Positions 20,400 through 33,891 of a stretch of 64,000 bases of DNA are shown piece after piece. Numbering within the stretch: position 1 is the stretch's first letter; each line of letters opens with the position of its first letter. Where the stretch lies: positions 15,748,001 to 15,812,000 of the forward strand of contig NC_090338.1 of the NCBI RefSeq assembly GCF_035084215.1. The letters are read 5' to 3'. The notes beneath the pieces are model-generated. The model saw only the letters and a list, made by a program, of their open reading frames with translations. It searched no databases and was not told where the DNA came from. The translations under genes were made by a program, and so were the position numbers. The stretch comes from Heptranchias perlo (Eukaryota).

Positions 20400-23080
20400 A
20401 TGGAAATGTAAATCTTTCTTTATATGGGGAAATGCTTTTGAGACACAGAGGTTGGGAGAGACAGAGAGTGAACCTCTAATGGAGTGAAGCGCTAACAGAG
20501 TGAGGACATTCAACTGGGAATTTGGTGAGTGTGGGAATTAGGTGCAGAGGGGGAAGGAGGTGCTTAGTGATTTAGACTAAGACTGAGTGGAGCATAAAGG
20601 GAATCGCATGAGGAATCAAAAGAAGCCAAGGAGGAATGTCGAGGGTAAGTCAGTAAGTAGTTATTTCATTGGTTATTGTTTTTAGTGGTTATTGGGGATT
20701 AAATGAGTGGGAGCAGAGGCTTGAGAGCAGAGTGGGACCAGCGACTGAGAGTAGGGCGGGATATAGGGTCGAGACCAACACAAACACAGGCCGAAATTTG
20801 TAAGAGTGACATCTGAGGACAGCGGGTTGATGACTGGTTGGTGAGTAATACATTTTTTTGCTCTCTGAGCTTGGGGAGTCGTATAAACTAGGAACCTATA
20901 ACATGCTAATACTTTATTAAATTAATAACTTAGACTAGATAAATTAATTTTATAAAAATAACTGAAAATAAACCAAGTGAATTCATTACATAATAACTTT
21001 AAATAAATAAAACCAGATTAGATCGAGATGGCAGTGCAAGTGATGTCCCATAATTGCAGCATGTGGGAGTTTGTGGAGAGCTGCGTGATCCCAGGCAACC
21101 ACATCTGTATTAAGTGTCTGCAACTCGAGGAACTTCAGCTCAGAGTGTTGAACTGGATTCCCGGGCCTTCTGTTTTACGCCTCGTGAAAGGAAGCGAGAA
21201 GGCCCGAGACTAACAGGTAGATGCCTAGAAAGGCATAGCCTGTGGGCCTGGAGGAGCAGGAGTGCTTTTCCCAGGCCCAACAAGCCTACCTGCACCGACC
21301 CCCCAACGATCCCGTGCCCACCCATGCCACCCGATTTCCCGCCCCCCCAACCCCATCCATAAAACAAAGACTTACCCGAAGACTTATCTGAACACGTCCT
21401 CTCCCTGACTGGTCTCTGGTCCAACTGAGACCAGCCTGTCAATCAGGCCGGTCAGTCGGACGGGAAACGGATAAAAAAAATAAAAGACATCCTTACGTCA
21501 AAATCGTAAGGATGTCCGTGGGTTTTCCATTCTCAATTTAATCCCCCCGCCCCTTCCCGGCTCGGTTTTAAAATTGAGCCCAGGATCTTAGCTCAGAAAA
21601 CAGGATGTAGAATCCGTATGGGTGGAGCTAAAAAATAACAAGGGGCAGAAAACAAGGGTGGGAGTAGTTTATAGGCCTCCTAACAGTGGTAATAGTGTTG
21701 GACAGAGTATAAATTAGAAGAACATGTAAGAAGGGTAATGCAAGAATTGTGGGGGCCTTTCATCTTCATGTAGACTGGGGAAACCAAATTGGCAAAAGTA
21801 GTTTGGATGTTGAGTTCATGGAATGCATTCGAGACAGTTTTCTAGAACAATATGTCGAGAAACCAACGAGGGAATAGGCTATTTTAGATCTAGTATTGTA
21901 TATTGAGATAGTGTTAATTAACAATCTTATTGTTAAGGATCCTCTGGGGAGGAATGATCATAATATGATGGAATTTCATAGAGTTTGAGAGCGATGTAGT
22001 TAAGTCCGAAACTAGGGCCTTAAATTTAAACAAAGCCAATTACGTAGATATGAGGAGCGAGTTGGCTAAGGTAGATTGGGAAATTAGATTAAAAGAAATT
22101 ATGGTAGATAAGCAATGGCAAACATTTAAAGAAATAATTCAAAATTCCCAACGAATATTCATTCCCTTGAGGAATAAAAACTCCACAGAAAAGTGATCCA
22201 ACCGTGGCTAACCAGAGAAGTTAAGGATAGTATTAGATTCAAAGAAGAGGCTTACAATATTGCCACGAAGAGTAGTAAGCCTGAGGATTGGGAGGGTTTT
22301 AGAAATCAGCAATGGATGACCTAGAAATTGTTAGAGGGAGAAAATTGAATATGAGAGTAAACTAGCAAGCAATTTAAGAACAGATTGTAAGAACTTCTAC
22401 AAGTATATAAAAAGTAAGAGATTAGCGAAAGTAAACGTGGGTCCCTTAGAGGCAGAGACAGGAGGGGGAATAAGGAAATGGCAGAGATGTTAAAAAAATA
22501 TTTTGTATCTGTCTTCACAGTAGAAGACACAAACAACATACTGGAAATAATGGGAACCAAGGGGCTAATGAGAGTGAGGAACTTAAAGCAATTTAGATTA
22601 GTAAAGAAAAAGCACTGGATAAATTAATGGGACTAAAAGTCAACAAACCCCTTGGACCTGATGGCCTACATCATAGGGTTTGAAAAGAGGTGACTGCAGA
22701 ATTAGTGGATGCATTGGTTTTGATCTTCTAGAATTCCCTAGATTCTAGAGCAGTCCCCGTGGATTGGAAGATAACAAATGTAATCCTGCAATTCAAGAAA
22801 GGAGGGAGAGAGAAAACAAGGCGACCGAGATGAGGAAAAATTTCTTCACTGAGGGTTGTGAATCTTTGGAATTCTCTACCCAAGAGGGCTGTGGATGCTC
22901 AGTCATTGAGTATATTCAAGACTGAGATCGATGGCTATTTGGACACTAAGGGAATCAAGGGATATGTGGACAAGGCGGGAAAGTGCAGTTGAGGTAGAAG
23001 ATCAGCCATGATCTTATTAAATGGCGGAGCAGGCTGGAATGGCCATATGGCCTACTCCTGTTTGTATTTCTTATGTTCTT
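20400..23080 (+). mobile_element. Rearranged CR1: 5'UTR, ORF1 start, partial MITE, ORF2 pieces, 3' end
   Basis: MAVQVMSHNCSMWE...HICIKCLQL at 21028; degraded APE/RT-linker 21590-22820; tail ending TTCTTATGTTC near 23080. Confidence 0.8.
21155..21581 (+). mobile_element. Partial GC-rich Harbinger MITE (family C)
   Basis: Colinear with 30766-31481; right TIR AAAATTGAGCCC; left part deleted. Confidence 0.85.
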
Positions 23081-23469
23081 CTGTTCTGATGAGACAGAAG
23101 ACAAGTGCTCTGTTTTAGAATGTGTGCTGTTATTCCTGGTGCTGTGGCCTAGTGGTGCTAAAGATCTGCAGTCGTGTTGGGGCTGGGAAATGAATTATCA
23201 CTCTGTAAACCACTTCCTCTGTGACAGGTTTGGTTTGCCTGATTTACTCAGAGTCAAATCTTAGTCCATTCAATAGAAAAGTTTCTTATTCGGAGAGCTC
23301 TGTCAGGTTTGTGTTCGAGGAAGGAATGTGTCAAGGCTCTGTGCTTTTGGCTGAAGTGAGGAGTTGTAGAATGGGAACCAGTTGGATAAGAGGCACAGAA
23401 ATATGGTAACTAGTGGAAAGTTTGAACATACACGAAGGGTGTGAGGTAATCTGTATTGTTCAGGATGTT

Positions 23470-24422
23470 TACATAGAATTACATAGAATTTTACAGCACA
23501 GAAACAGGCCATTCGGACCAACAGGTCTATGCCGATGTTAATCCTCCACACGAGTCTCCTCCCACTCTATTTACTTCATCTCACCCCATCGACATATCCT
23601 TCTGTTCCTTTCTCCTTCATGTACTTATCTAGCTTCACCTTAAATGTATCTATGCTATTCACCTCAACCACTCCATGTGCTAGCAAGTTCCACATTCTCA
23701 CCACTCCCTGAGTAAAGAAGTTTCTCTTAAATTCCTTATTGGATTTATTACAGACTGTCTTATATTTATGGTCCCTAGTTTTGGACTCCCCCACAAGTGG
23801 AAACATCTTCTCTACATCTACCCTATCAAACCCTTTCATAATTTAAAAGACCTCTCGTCTGTTCAGCCCTTCCTCATAGTTGTGCCCTCTCAGTTCTGGC
23901 CTCATCCTTGTAAATCTTTTTTGCACTTTCTCAAGTGGTTCTATATCCTTTTTGTAAGAACATAAGAAATAGCATCCAGAGTAGGCCATCCGACCCCTCG
24001 AGCCTGCTCCACCATTCAACAAGATCATAGCTGATCTTTTACCTCTGCCATTTTCCTGCACCATCCCCATATCCTTTGATGCCTTTAATACCTAGAAATC
24101 TATCGATCTCTGTTTTGAATGTACTCAATGACTGAGCCTCCACAGCCCTCTGGGGTAGCGAATTCCAAAGATTCACCACCCTCTGAGTGAAGAAATTTCT
24201 GCTCATCTCAGTCCTAAATGACCTACCCCTTATTCTGAGACTGTGACCCCTGGTTCTAGGTTCCCCAGCCAGGGGAAACATCCTCCCTGCATCTACCCTG
24301 TCGAGCCCTGTAAGAATTTTGTATGTTTCAATGAAATCACCTCTCATTCTTCTAAACTCTAGAGAATACAGGCCTAGTCTACTCAATCTCTCCTCATACC
24401 ACAATCCCACCACCCCAGGAAT
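23470..24422 (-). mobile_element. Two adjacent CR1 3' fragments (about 23470-23955 and 23957-24422)
   Basis: CR1 ORF2 C-terminal translations with separate tails (ACATAGAATT repeats; AACATAAG). Confidence 0.85.
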
Positions 24423-24459
24423 GAGATGCACACCAGAACTGTGTGAAATGCTCTAAAGG

Positions 24460-27400
24460 GACAGAGCAAACAAACAAAAGACAACAAATAGGGTCCAGGT
24501 AAGAAAAAATGGTAATAAGACAAATAGGGCCATAGTACAAAAAAATGTAAAGGTTTCTAAAAATGTTAAAAAGACAAATCTAAAGGCAGTGTATCTGAAT
24601 GCACTACACATTCGTAATAAGGTAGATGAATTTACAGTGTAAATAGATGTAAACGGATATGATATAATAGCAATTGCAGAGACATGGCTGCAGGGTGACC
24701 AAGGCAGGGAATATCCAAGGGTATTCGATATTTAGGAAGGACAGGCAAAAAGGAAAAGGAGGTGGGGTGGCGTTGTTAGTAAAGGATGAGATCAGAGCAA
24801 TAGTGAGAAAGGATATTGGCTCAGAAAATCAAGATGTAGAATCAGTCTGGGTGGAGTTAAGAAGCACCAAGAGGCAGAAAACACTGGTGGGAGTTGTCTA
24901 TAGGCCTCCAAACAGTAGTGGTAATGTAGGGGATGGGATCAAACAGGAAATTAGAGATGCATGTAACAAGGGTACTACAGTAATCACGGGTGACTTTAAT
25001 CAGCATATAGACTGGCCAAACCAAATTAGCAATAATACTGTGGAGGATGAATTCCTGGAGTGTGTACGAGATGGTTTTTTAGACCAGGAGCCAACTAGGG
25101 AACAGGCTAGCCTAGATTGGGTACTGTGCAATGAGAAGGGGTTAATTAATAATCATGCTAAGCGGGGTCCTTCAGGGAAGAGTGACCATAACATGATAGA
25201 ATTCTTCATTAAGATGGAAAGTGAAGTAGTCCAATCCGAAACCAGGGTCCTAAATCCAAACAAAGGAAACTACAAAGGTATGAGGAGTGAGTTGGCTATG
25301 ACAGATTGGGAAGGTTCATTAAAAGACATGACGGTGGATAGGCAATGGATAACATTTAAGGAACAATTGCATGAATTGCAACAATTATACATTCCTTTCT
25401 GACACAAAAACACAATAGGAAAAGACGCCCAACAATGGCTAACAAAAGAAATTGAGGATAGTATTAGATCCAAAGAGGAGTCATATAAATTTGGCAGAAA
25501 AAGTAGCAAGCCTGAGGATTGGGAGCAATTTCGAATTCAGCAAAAAAGGACCAAGAGATTGATTAAGAGGGGAAAAATGGAGTATGAGAGTAAACTTGCA
25601 AGGAACATTAAAGTGGACTGTAAAAGCTTCTACAAGCATGTAAAAAGAAAAAAATTAGTGAAGATTAATGTAGGTCCCTTACAGTCAGAAATCGGAGAAT
25701 TTATAATGGGGAACAAGGAAATGGCAGAGCAATTAAACAAATACTTTGGTTCTGTCTTCATGAAAGAGGACACAAATAACGTCCCAGAAATGCTAGGGAA
25801 CCAAGGGACTAGTGAGAAGGGGGAATTAAAGGAAATTCGTATTAGTAAAAAAATAGTCCTGGAAAAATTAATGGGACTGAAAGCCAATAAGTCCCCAGGG
25901 CCTGATAATCTGCATCCCAGAGTACGAAAAGAGGTAGCCATGGAAATAGTGGATGCATCAGTTGTCATATTCCAAAATTCTATAGATTATGGAACAGTTC
26001 CTGCAGATTAGAGGGTGGCAAATGTAACCCCACGATTTAAAAAAGGAGGGAGAGAAAACAGGGAACTACAGACCGGTTAGCCTAACATCAGTAGTAGGGA
26101 AAATGCTAGAGTCTATTATAAAGGAAGTGATAACAGGACACTTAGAAAATATCAATGGGATTAGACAAAGTCAACATGGATTTAGAACATAAGAACATAA
26201 GAAATAGGAGCAGGAGTAGGCCAATCGGCCCCTCGAGCCTGCTCCGCCATTCAATAAGATCATGGCTGATCTGGTCCTAACCTCAAATCTAAAATCATGT
26301 CCAATTTCCTGCCCGCTCCCCGTAACCCCTAATTCCCTTTACTTCTAGGAAACTGTCTATTTCTGTTTTAAATTTATTCAGTGATGTAGCTTCCACAGCT
26401 TCCTGGGGCAGCAAATTCCACAGACCTACCATCCTCTGAGTGAAGAAGTTTCTCCTCATCTCAGTTTTGAAAGAGCAGCCCCTTATTCTAAGATTATGCC
26501 CCCTCGTTCTAGTTTCACCCATCCTTGGGAACATCCTTACCGCATCCACCCGATCAAGCCCCTTCACAATCTTATATGTTTCAATAAGATCGCCTCTCAT
26601 TCTTCTGAACTCCAATGAGTAGTGTCCCAATCTACTCAACCTCTCCTCATATGTCTGCCCCCTCATCCCCGGGATTAACCGAGTGAACCTTCTTTGTACT
26701 GCCTCGAGAGCAAGCATGTCTTTTCTTCAGTATGGACACCAAAACTGTATGCAGTATTCCACGTGGGGTCTCACTAATACCTTATATAACTGCAGCAATA
26801 CCTCCCTGTTTTTATATTCTATCACCCTAGCAATAAAAGCCAACATTCCGTTGGCCTTCTTGATCACCTGCTGCACCTGCATACTAACCTTTTATGAAAG
26901 AGAAATCATGTTTGACAAACCTACTGGAGTTTTTTGAGGATGTAACTGGTAGAATAGATAAGGGAGAACCAGTGGATGTGGTTTATTTGGATTTTCAGAA
27001 GGCCTTTGATAAGGTCCCACATAAGAGGGTAGTGTGCAAAATTAAAGCACATGGGATTGTGGGTAATATACTGGCATGGATTGAAAATTGTTTAACAGAC
27101 AGGAAACAGTGAGTAGGAGTAAATGGGACTTTTTCGGGGTGACTAATGGGGTACCGCAAGGATCAGTGCTTGGGCCCCAGCTATTCACAATATATATTAA
27201 TGATTTGGATGAGGGAACCAAATGTAATATTTCCAAGTTTGCTCACGACACAAAACTGGGTGGGATTGTGAGTTGTGAGGAGGATGCAAAGAGGCTTCAA
27301 GGCGATTTAGACAAGTTGAGTGAGTGGACAAATACATGGCAGATGCAGTATAATGTGGATAAATGTGACGTTATCTACTTCAGAAGGAAAAACAGAAAGG

Positions 27401-28170
27401 CAGAGTATTATTGAAATAGTGATAGATTGGGAAATGTTGATGTACAAAGGGATCTGGGTGTCTTTGTACACCAGTCACTGGAAGCAAACATGCAGGTGCA
27501 GCAAGCAGTTAGGAAGGCAAATGGTATGTTGGCCTTCATTGCAATACGATTTGAGTACAGGAGCAAGGATGTCTTACTGCAGTTATACAGGGCCTTGGTG
27601 AGACCACACCTGGAGTATTGAGTGCAGTTTTGGTCTGCTTACCTAAGAAAGGATATATTTGCCATAGAGGGAGTGCAGTGAAGGTTCACCAGACTGATTC
27701 CTGGGATGGCAGGACTGTCGTATGAGGAGAGATTGGGTCGACTCGGCCTGTATTCACTAGAGTTTCGAAGAATGAGAGGGGATCTCATTGAAACGTATAC
27801 AATTCTGACAGGGCTAGACAAACTGGATGCAGGAAGGATATTTCCCCTGGCTGGGGGGTCCAGAACAAGGGTTCACAGTCTCAGAATACGAGGTAGGACA
27901 TTTGGGACTGAGATGAGGAGAAATTTCTTCACTCAGAGGGTGGTGAGCCAGTGGAATTCTCTACCACAGAAGGCTGTGGAGGCCAAGTCACTGAATATAT
28001 TTAAAAAGGAGCTAGATAGATTTCTAGACACAAAAGGCATCAAGAGGTATGGGGAGAGAGAGGGAATATGGTATTGAGATAGAGGATCAGCCATGATCAT
28101 ATTGAATGGTGGAGCAGGCTCGAAGGGCCGAATGGCCTACTTCTGCTCCTATTTTCTATGTTTCTATGTT
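24460..28170 (+). mobile_element. Older CR1 with nearly complete but disrupted ORF2
   Basis: APE and RT motifs in several broken ORFs (24674-28077); TTTCTATG tail. Confidence 0.92.
26185..26891 (-). mobile_element. Young 5'-truncated CR1 nested in the older CR1
   Basis: Near-identical to the 3' end of 11975-16411; TSD TTA inside the host QHGF-MK codons. Confidence 0.95.
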
Positions 28171-29158
28171 TGTAGCTAGATTAATTCATACAATAAAACC
28201 AAGACAAGTGTGCATAAAATCTGATGTTCCTCAGTGGATGCTAAGAAAAAGTCAGTCCTTGGTTCCAAAGTGGATAGATGATGATCTCAGGAATCCTGCT
28301 ATGATGAAAAGGAATGCTAATATCTGCATTTACTCCCTTAACAGGGAGGCTTCTAGGCAACTGAGTGTCTCCAACATGGAAGCATTTAATATTGGCTTGC
28401 AGGCCTTGGGAGACCTAATGAAGATAGAATTGACTACCAGATTCAGATTTCCACAGAGCAACTTCTCTGAGTGTTTGGTGGATATCAGGCACACTCTCTT
28501 TCAGGGGTTTGAAGATACTAATGATTCCATTCAGTCTGTTCTCCTACAGACCAGCAGTCATCAGCCTTCTGACCCTTCGTTCAGAGGAATAGCAAGAGAC
28601 TGTTCCCAGGAGCCTATTCTCCCTCATGACAGCAGATGAGGGGAACTCTCAGGACTGTCCTCTCAAATGTCTTCACAAGTAGGAGTTACTCTGCAGACGC
28701 AGACTGCCAAAGATACAAGCCCAGAGAAGCAATTTGTGGTGGGTCCATCCTGAGATGCAGCAGTCCCGAGAGGTGCATTCTAAAGGTCAGGAGCCATCTA
28801 CACTACAGAACCAAGACCCTTGTGTGGTATGTAGAAGTATTAGAATAGGGCAAAAGAGATATTGTAAAGCAACAATGGGTAAGCACAGTGGTGATTCTTA
28901 GGTAATTGAGATTAAAGTTCTTTAAGACTGATAATTATGTTGACGCATTTTGGGATTCTTTGACCATTGTTGCACAGAAGGAAGAGTTTCTTTTAAATTT
29001 TGGGATTTAAAGCAAAGTGTATTCGTACAAGTTGAAATAAAACATAAGTGGTCAAAATGCTTTACAGATAAGCTTTGATGTTGTTTCCCCATGGACTGGA
29101 GATAATCACCAATTTATTAAACTGTCTCGGCAATCGATAATCAATAGATGTCTCATAC

Positions 29159-29225
29159 CCATTGTGTTGGGAGTCTGGTCCCCTCGTGTTGTTAACAGAA
29201 GGACATAAAATACAGATAGAGACAT
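29159..29225 (-). CDS. Candidate signal-peptide exon (phase 1)
   Basis: ATG...MSLSVFYVLLLTTRGDQTPNTM then G|GTATGA, 67 nt; hydrophobic core is short, so support is weak. Confidence 0.3.
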
Positions 29226-30059
29226 TGGCAGACAGGCAGTTCAATCAAAGGCTGCAATGTCAGTCAGACTTGAAACAGAAAGCCACAAGGGCAGAAATTT
29301 AGTATGTAGGAGAATAGTTAGGAGTTAATTTGTTTACGTCACATTGTTGACACACATGTGTGGGAAAGTGTAGCGTGTTCATTATTGTGAACTTATACAC
29401 AAGGACAAGTTGCACTGATTGACCTAAGTGAATCTGATCATAACTGTTATTCTGTATGTTCGGTCGCTGCAATATAACAAATCATGAATGGTCCCGTCGC
29501 ACCAAAGGATTTTTTTGTCCGCCTTCAAAGAGACTATAGAAGTATGTTGCGATAGACACAAATATCCAGTTCAGATCACAAGGGGGTCTTATTCTTACAC
29601 CATTAGGTTATGTTATCATATCGTCAGGTAATGGGCAGAATGAGAATATCCCTAAATGTAAGACACTGAGACCACTTTTGTGAGTGACCAGCACCATGCA
29701 TCCAAGAGAATGTCTAAGGAAAGACCATAACCTTGTAACACATGTATTGGGTACCTTCAATTTGTTCGTATTTCTCCATTCCAATATAGACTGGAACAAA
29801 AGTTGCTATTATAGATTAATGGATTTCATTCTTTTTGATTGATACATGTGAATCGAAATGAATCCATTGAATTCACCTGGTTGGTCACATCGGCTCTTAA
29901 TGTCACCATTTTATATTTACACCCATTTTCCAGGACAAAAACAAGGACTACATTCTGCCATAAAATCCCACAGTGGTCTCTGTGCTCCCTGTACTTTGTG
30001 TGGAACAGTTTTATGTCAGTAACTATTTAATACCAACTGCAAGGTAGCTTTGGACTTAC

Positions 30060-30329
30060 TCTGATCCACATCAACATTTGTATTTCCAGTGAGAACATTG
30101 GTGTCATTATCTCGTACTTCCCACATAGACAAGTTCTGATTTTCTGTTCCAACGTGTCTGACTATCAGATCGACTGCATTATTCAAATAGATCTCATCAG
30201 TGTTCCTGCTGTTTTGCTGAGATGTGTCTCTTTGTTTCCAGTGAAGACTGACTGTATCTGAGAGCCTGGAGATGGTACAACTGAGGGTGATGTCACTGCC
30301 CATTACAGGCCTCTGTGAATCTGTCGCAA
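30060..30329 (-). CDS. IgSF exon, C2-type domain with the second Cys replaced by Trp
   Basis: TTTACAG| ... |GTAAGT, 270 nt, phase 1-1, open. Encodes VATDSQRPVMGSDITLSCTISRLSDTVSLHWKQRD...NLSMWEV; paralog of 51609-51878 (YVCEV). Confidence 0.85.
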
Positions 30330-30557
30330 CTGTAAAAAAAAGATAAATGACGTGAGGTATAGTTTTCTATAAATGTAAACTTTCTGAACTATTGCATTCA
30401 GAATTTGTTTTTACTACAGACATAGTCAGACAAATGCTAACCAGCTGTGCTTACTGCTGACAATTAAGGTTTCCCAGATAATGTCCACTTGTCCCCCTTG
30501 GCCTCCTCCACTTCCTCATCAAAATGCTGCTCCTTGGCAACATCATCCAAAGACATT

Positions 30558-31481
30558 GGGCTCAATTTTCAAATTAAAAAATGGGTGGGTTGGGGCGGGG
30601 GGGCATTGAAAATTGCCACCATTTCAGACCCGCCCCTAACCCCCCTTCAACCTGCCCATTTCCAGTTGTCACTGGGGCAGGATGAGGGGCGGACAACCAA
30701 CCAGCACTCAGGAGGCAGGTCGGGCCTTAAAACCTTTCAAGCAGGCTTCAGGGCTCTATTTTGGCCAGGATTCCCGGGCCTTCAGTTTACCGCCTCTTGA
30801 AAGGAAGCGAGAAGGCCCGAGACTAACATGTAGTGACTAGAAAGGCACAGCTTGAGGGACCAAAGGACCAGGAGTGCTTCGCCCAGGCCCAAAAAGTCTA
30901 CCTGCACCGACCCCCCAACAATCGCGGACATCCGACTCCCAATCGCGGGCGCCCGACCCCCGATAGCAGACCCCTCCTGATTGCAGACCCCCCGATCGCA
31001 GACCCTGACCCTGACCCCGATCCTCCTCCAACCCCCGATCCCCCGAACCCGATCCCCACCCCCACTCCGACCCTCCGAAACCAGACCCTCCCACTTAACG
31101 ATTGCGAACCCCCGCGATGACCCCCGATCCCGACATCCCCCGTGAATGACCCCCGATCCCATCCCACATGACTCGCGACCCCCTTGCCCACCTATGCCCA
31201 CCTATTCCCTTTGCCCACCCATGCCCCCGTGCCCACCCATGCCTCCCTCATCCATACACACAAAGACTTACCTGCAGACGTCCTCTCCCTGGCTGGTCTT
31301 CTGTCCGACTGAAACCAGCCTGTCAATCAGCTGGTCAGTCGGACGGGAAAATGACATAAAAAAATAAAAGACGTCCTTAAGTCAAAATCGTAAGGACATC
31401 AGGGAAACCCGTACTAATGGGTTTCCTGACCTCAGTTTGACCTCCCCGCCCCCTTCCCAGCTCCATTTTAAAATTGAGCCC
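30558..31481 (+). mobile_element. Complete GC-rich Harbinger MITE (family C) inserted in an L2 fragment
   Basis: TIRs GGGCTCAATTTT / AAAATTGAGCCC; TSD ATT; C-rich internal repeats; flanks are continuous L2 RT-like sequence. Confidence 0.92.
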
Positions 31482-31974
31482 ATTGAGTCAGCTTCTACAT
31501 GTATGTTCATGACTCACAGCTCTGTCTCTCCACCATCTCTCTCGACCCCTCCACTGCCTTTGTGCTGTCAAATTGCTTGTCTAACATCCAGTCTTGGACG
31601 AGCAGAAATTTCCAAAAGTTAAATATTGAGAAGATTGAAGCCGTTGTCTTTAGGCCTCTCCACAACCTCCATACCCTCACCACCAACTCCAACTCCCTCC
31701 CTGGCCAGTGCCTCAGGAATTTTAGGAGGATGGGCAAAAATTTGCAAACAAAAGCAAATGTTCACATTCAAGATTACTCGCCCTTAGTGCATAAACGAGT
31801 CCTAATGTACAGAGGATTTTTACCCAACCAGCTGATTTTAAAGAGAGATTCATTTTGGGATGGGGATAGAACTGGAGGATCATGACATGATCCCAACATT
31901 CCATTAGAAATATATGTGTAATTATTCACAGAAAATCATATTATTGAATCTTCTCAAGATTTTATCACGTTTAC

Positions 31975-32326
31975 CTTTGACCCCAAATGCTTCATACTGT
32001 TTCAGGATTTTATTACTGGGCTGTGTCTGAGTCCAGGTGAACAATCCCGCAAGTTCAAAGGTGGGGTTTCTGATTCTCAGATTAAGGGTACCCCAGTCCT
32101 CACGTATCTTCTGAGAAATGCCTCGTATCTTAATGTAATCATCACTCCAGTGTACGGCCCACCGCTGACCTTCTCTGTGAAAAGTACCCAATTGCTTTGT
32201 AGTTTGTTGCCCTTTGCCCTGAGTGAGGTCTCCTTTCCCAGACAATGGGACCATTTCCAGGATTGTCTGGCCCTTTAAATACAAAGTTGTCTTCCTGATG
32301 GAAAAAATAAATATATTTCGGGCTTC
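31975..32326 (-). pseudogene. Cys-less V-type IgSF exon frameshifted by a 7-bp tandem duplication
   Basis: CTTGCAG| ... AAG|GTAA; 352 nt = 345 + duplicated AGGGCAA. Encodes GSPKYIYFF...GPDNPGNGPIVWE...NLRIRNPTFELAGLFTWTQTQPSNKILKQYEAFGVK. Confidence 0.88.
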
Positions 32327-32510
32327 CTGCAAGAAAGGAGAACAAACATTTTAAAATCAGATAGCAATCTCCTCAATCCAATCTGTGTAATTATTAATGC
32401 TGTTGAGAATTTGTTTTCAATAAGTTGTTAGTTATCATTCATTTCAGAAGTGACACAACACATACACATTCCAGTAAGGAGCTGCATAGAGAAAATCACT
32501 TTCCGATAGA

Positions 32511-33294
32511 TTTTTTTTATTCGTTCATGGGATGTGGGCGTCGCTGGCGAGGCCAGCATTTATTGCCCATCCCTAATTGCCCTTGAGAAGGTGATGGTGA
32601 GCTGCCTTCTTGAACCACTGCAGTCCGTGTGGTGAAGGTTCTCCCACAGTGCTGTTAGGAAGGGAGTTCCAGGATTTTGACCCAGTGACGATGAAGGGAC
32701 AGCGATGTATTTCCAAGTTGGGATGTTGTGTGACTTGGAGGGGAACGTGCAGATGGTGTTGTTCCCATGTGCCCGCTGCCCTTGTCCTTCTAGGTGGTAG
32801 AGGTCGTGGGTTTGGGAGGTGCTGTCAAAGAAGCCTTGGCGAGTTGCTGCAGTGCATCCTGTGGATGGTACATACTGCAGCCACAGTGCGCCGGTGGTGA
32901 AGGGAGTGAATGTTTAGGGTGGTGGATGGGGTGCCAATCAAGTGGGCAGCTTTGTCCTGGATGGTGTCGAGCTTCTTGAGGGTTGTTGTAGCTGCACTCA
33001 TCCAGGCAAGTGGAGAGTATTCCGTCACACTCCTGACTTGTGCCATGTAGATGGTGGAAAGGCTTTGGGGAGTCAGTAGGTGAGTCATTCGCCGCAGAAT
33101 ACCCAGCCTCCGACCTGCTTTTGTAGCCACAGTATTTATATAGCTGGTCCAGTTAAGTTTCTGGTCAATGGTGATCCCCAGGATGTTGATGGTGGGGGAT
33201 TCGGCAATGGTAATTCCGTTGAATGTCAATGGGAGGTGGTTAGACTCTTTCTTGTTGGCGATGGTCATTGCCTGGCACTTGTCTGGTGCGAATA
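32511..33294 (-). mobile_element. LINE family B 3' fragment
   Basis: Same translation as 18709-19437; A-rich tail at 32511. Confidence 0.88.
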
Positions 33295-33891
33295 GTTATT
33301 ACAATAGATTATTGTTTCTCAGACATTCCCTTACCCCTCAAAAATTGAACAAAAACAAAAACTTACATTTATATAGCACTTTTAATGAAGAAAACATTCC
33401 AAGGCTCTTTACAAAGAGGGGAAAAATAGATAAAAGGATTAAAAGACAAGATGCAATGATGTGCAATTTAGGAGATATCACTGAACATTCAAAATAATGT
33501 GCTTGGAGAAGATTTTTAAAGAAGCACGGAGAAATGGAGAGCTGAAGAGATTTTGTGATAATTACAGACAGTGGATGAAGGCTCTCCCATTGATAGTAGT
33601 CTTGGGGTCGAGGGAAATAGTGGAAAGGGAGAGCTGGGTGTGCTCATCATACATATGGAAGTTGACCCTGTGCATAATGTCATCGAGGGGCAACGAGTAG
33701 ATAAGGATGAGGAGGGAAATATATACTTGGAAACAACCTGATGCCTTTTTCAACCTCGTCCATTTTTCCTTTTCCACAGCCTATTTGGTCTGTTCAGGTA
33801 ACAAGGGCAGAGAAAAGCTGCAGAACTTTAGGTGGACTTTCTCACCCTCCATATGGTGGATAACATAGTCTGGGCCATTTCATATCATTGC

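Noticed and set aside
29755-29790. Possible 36-nt phase-1 micro-exon (VYIGMEKYEQIE) on the - strand
   Set aside because: Weak donor, no paralog after the equivalent exon at 51609; likely chance.
30782-31367. Pro/Gly-rich ORFs here, at 57631-58422, and His/Thr-rich ORFs at 11380-11973 and 44582-45094
   Set aside because: By-products of low-complexity MITE cores and read-through into Harbinger introns.
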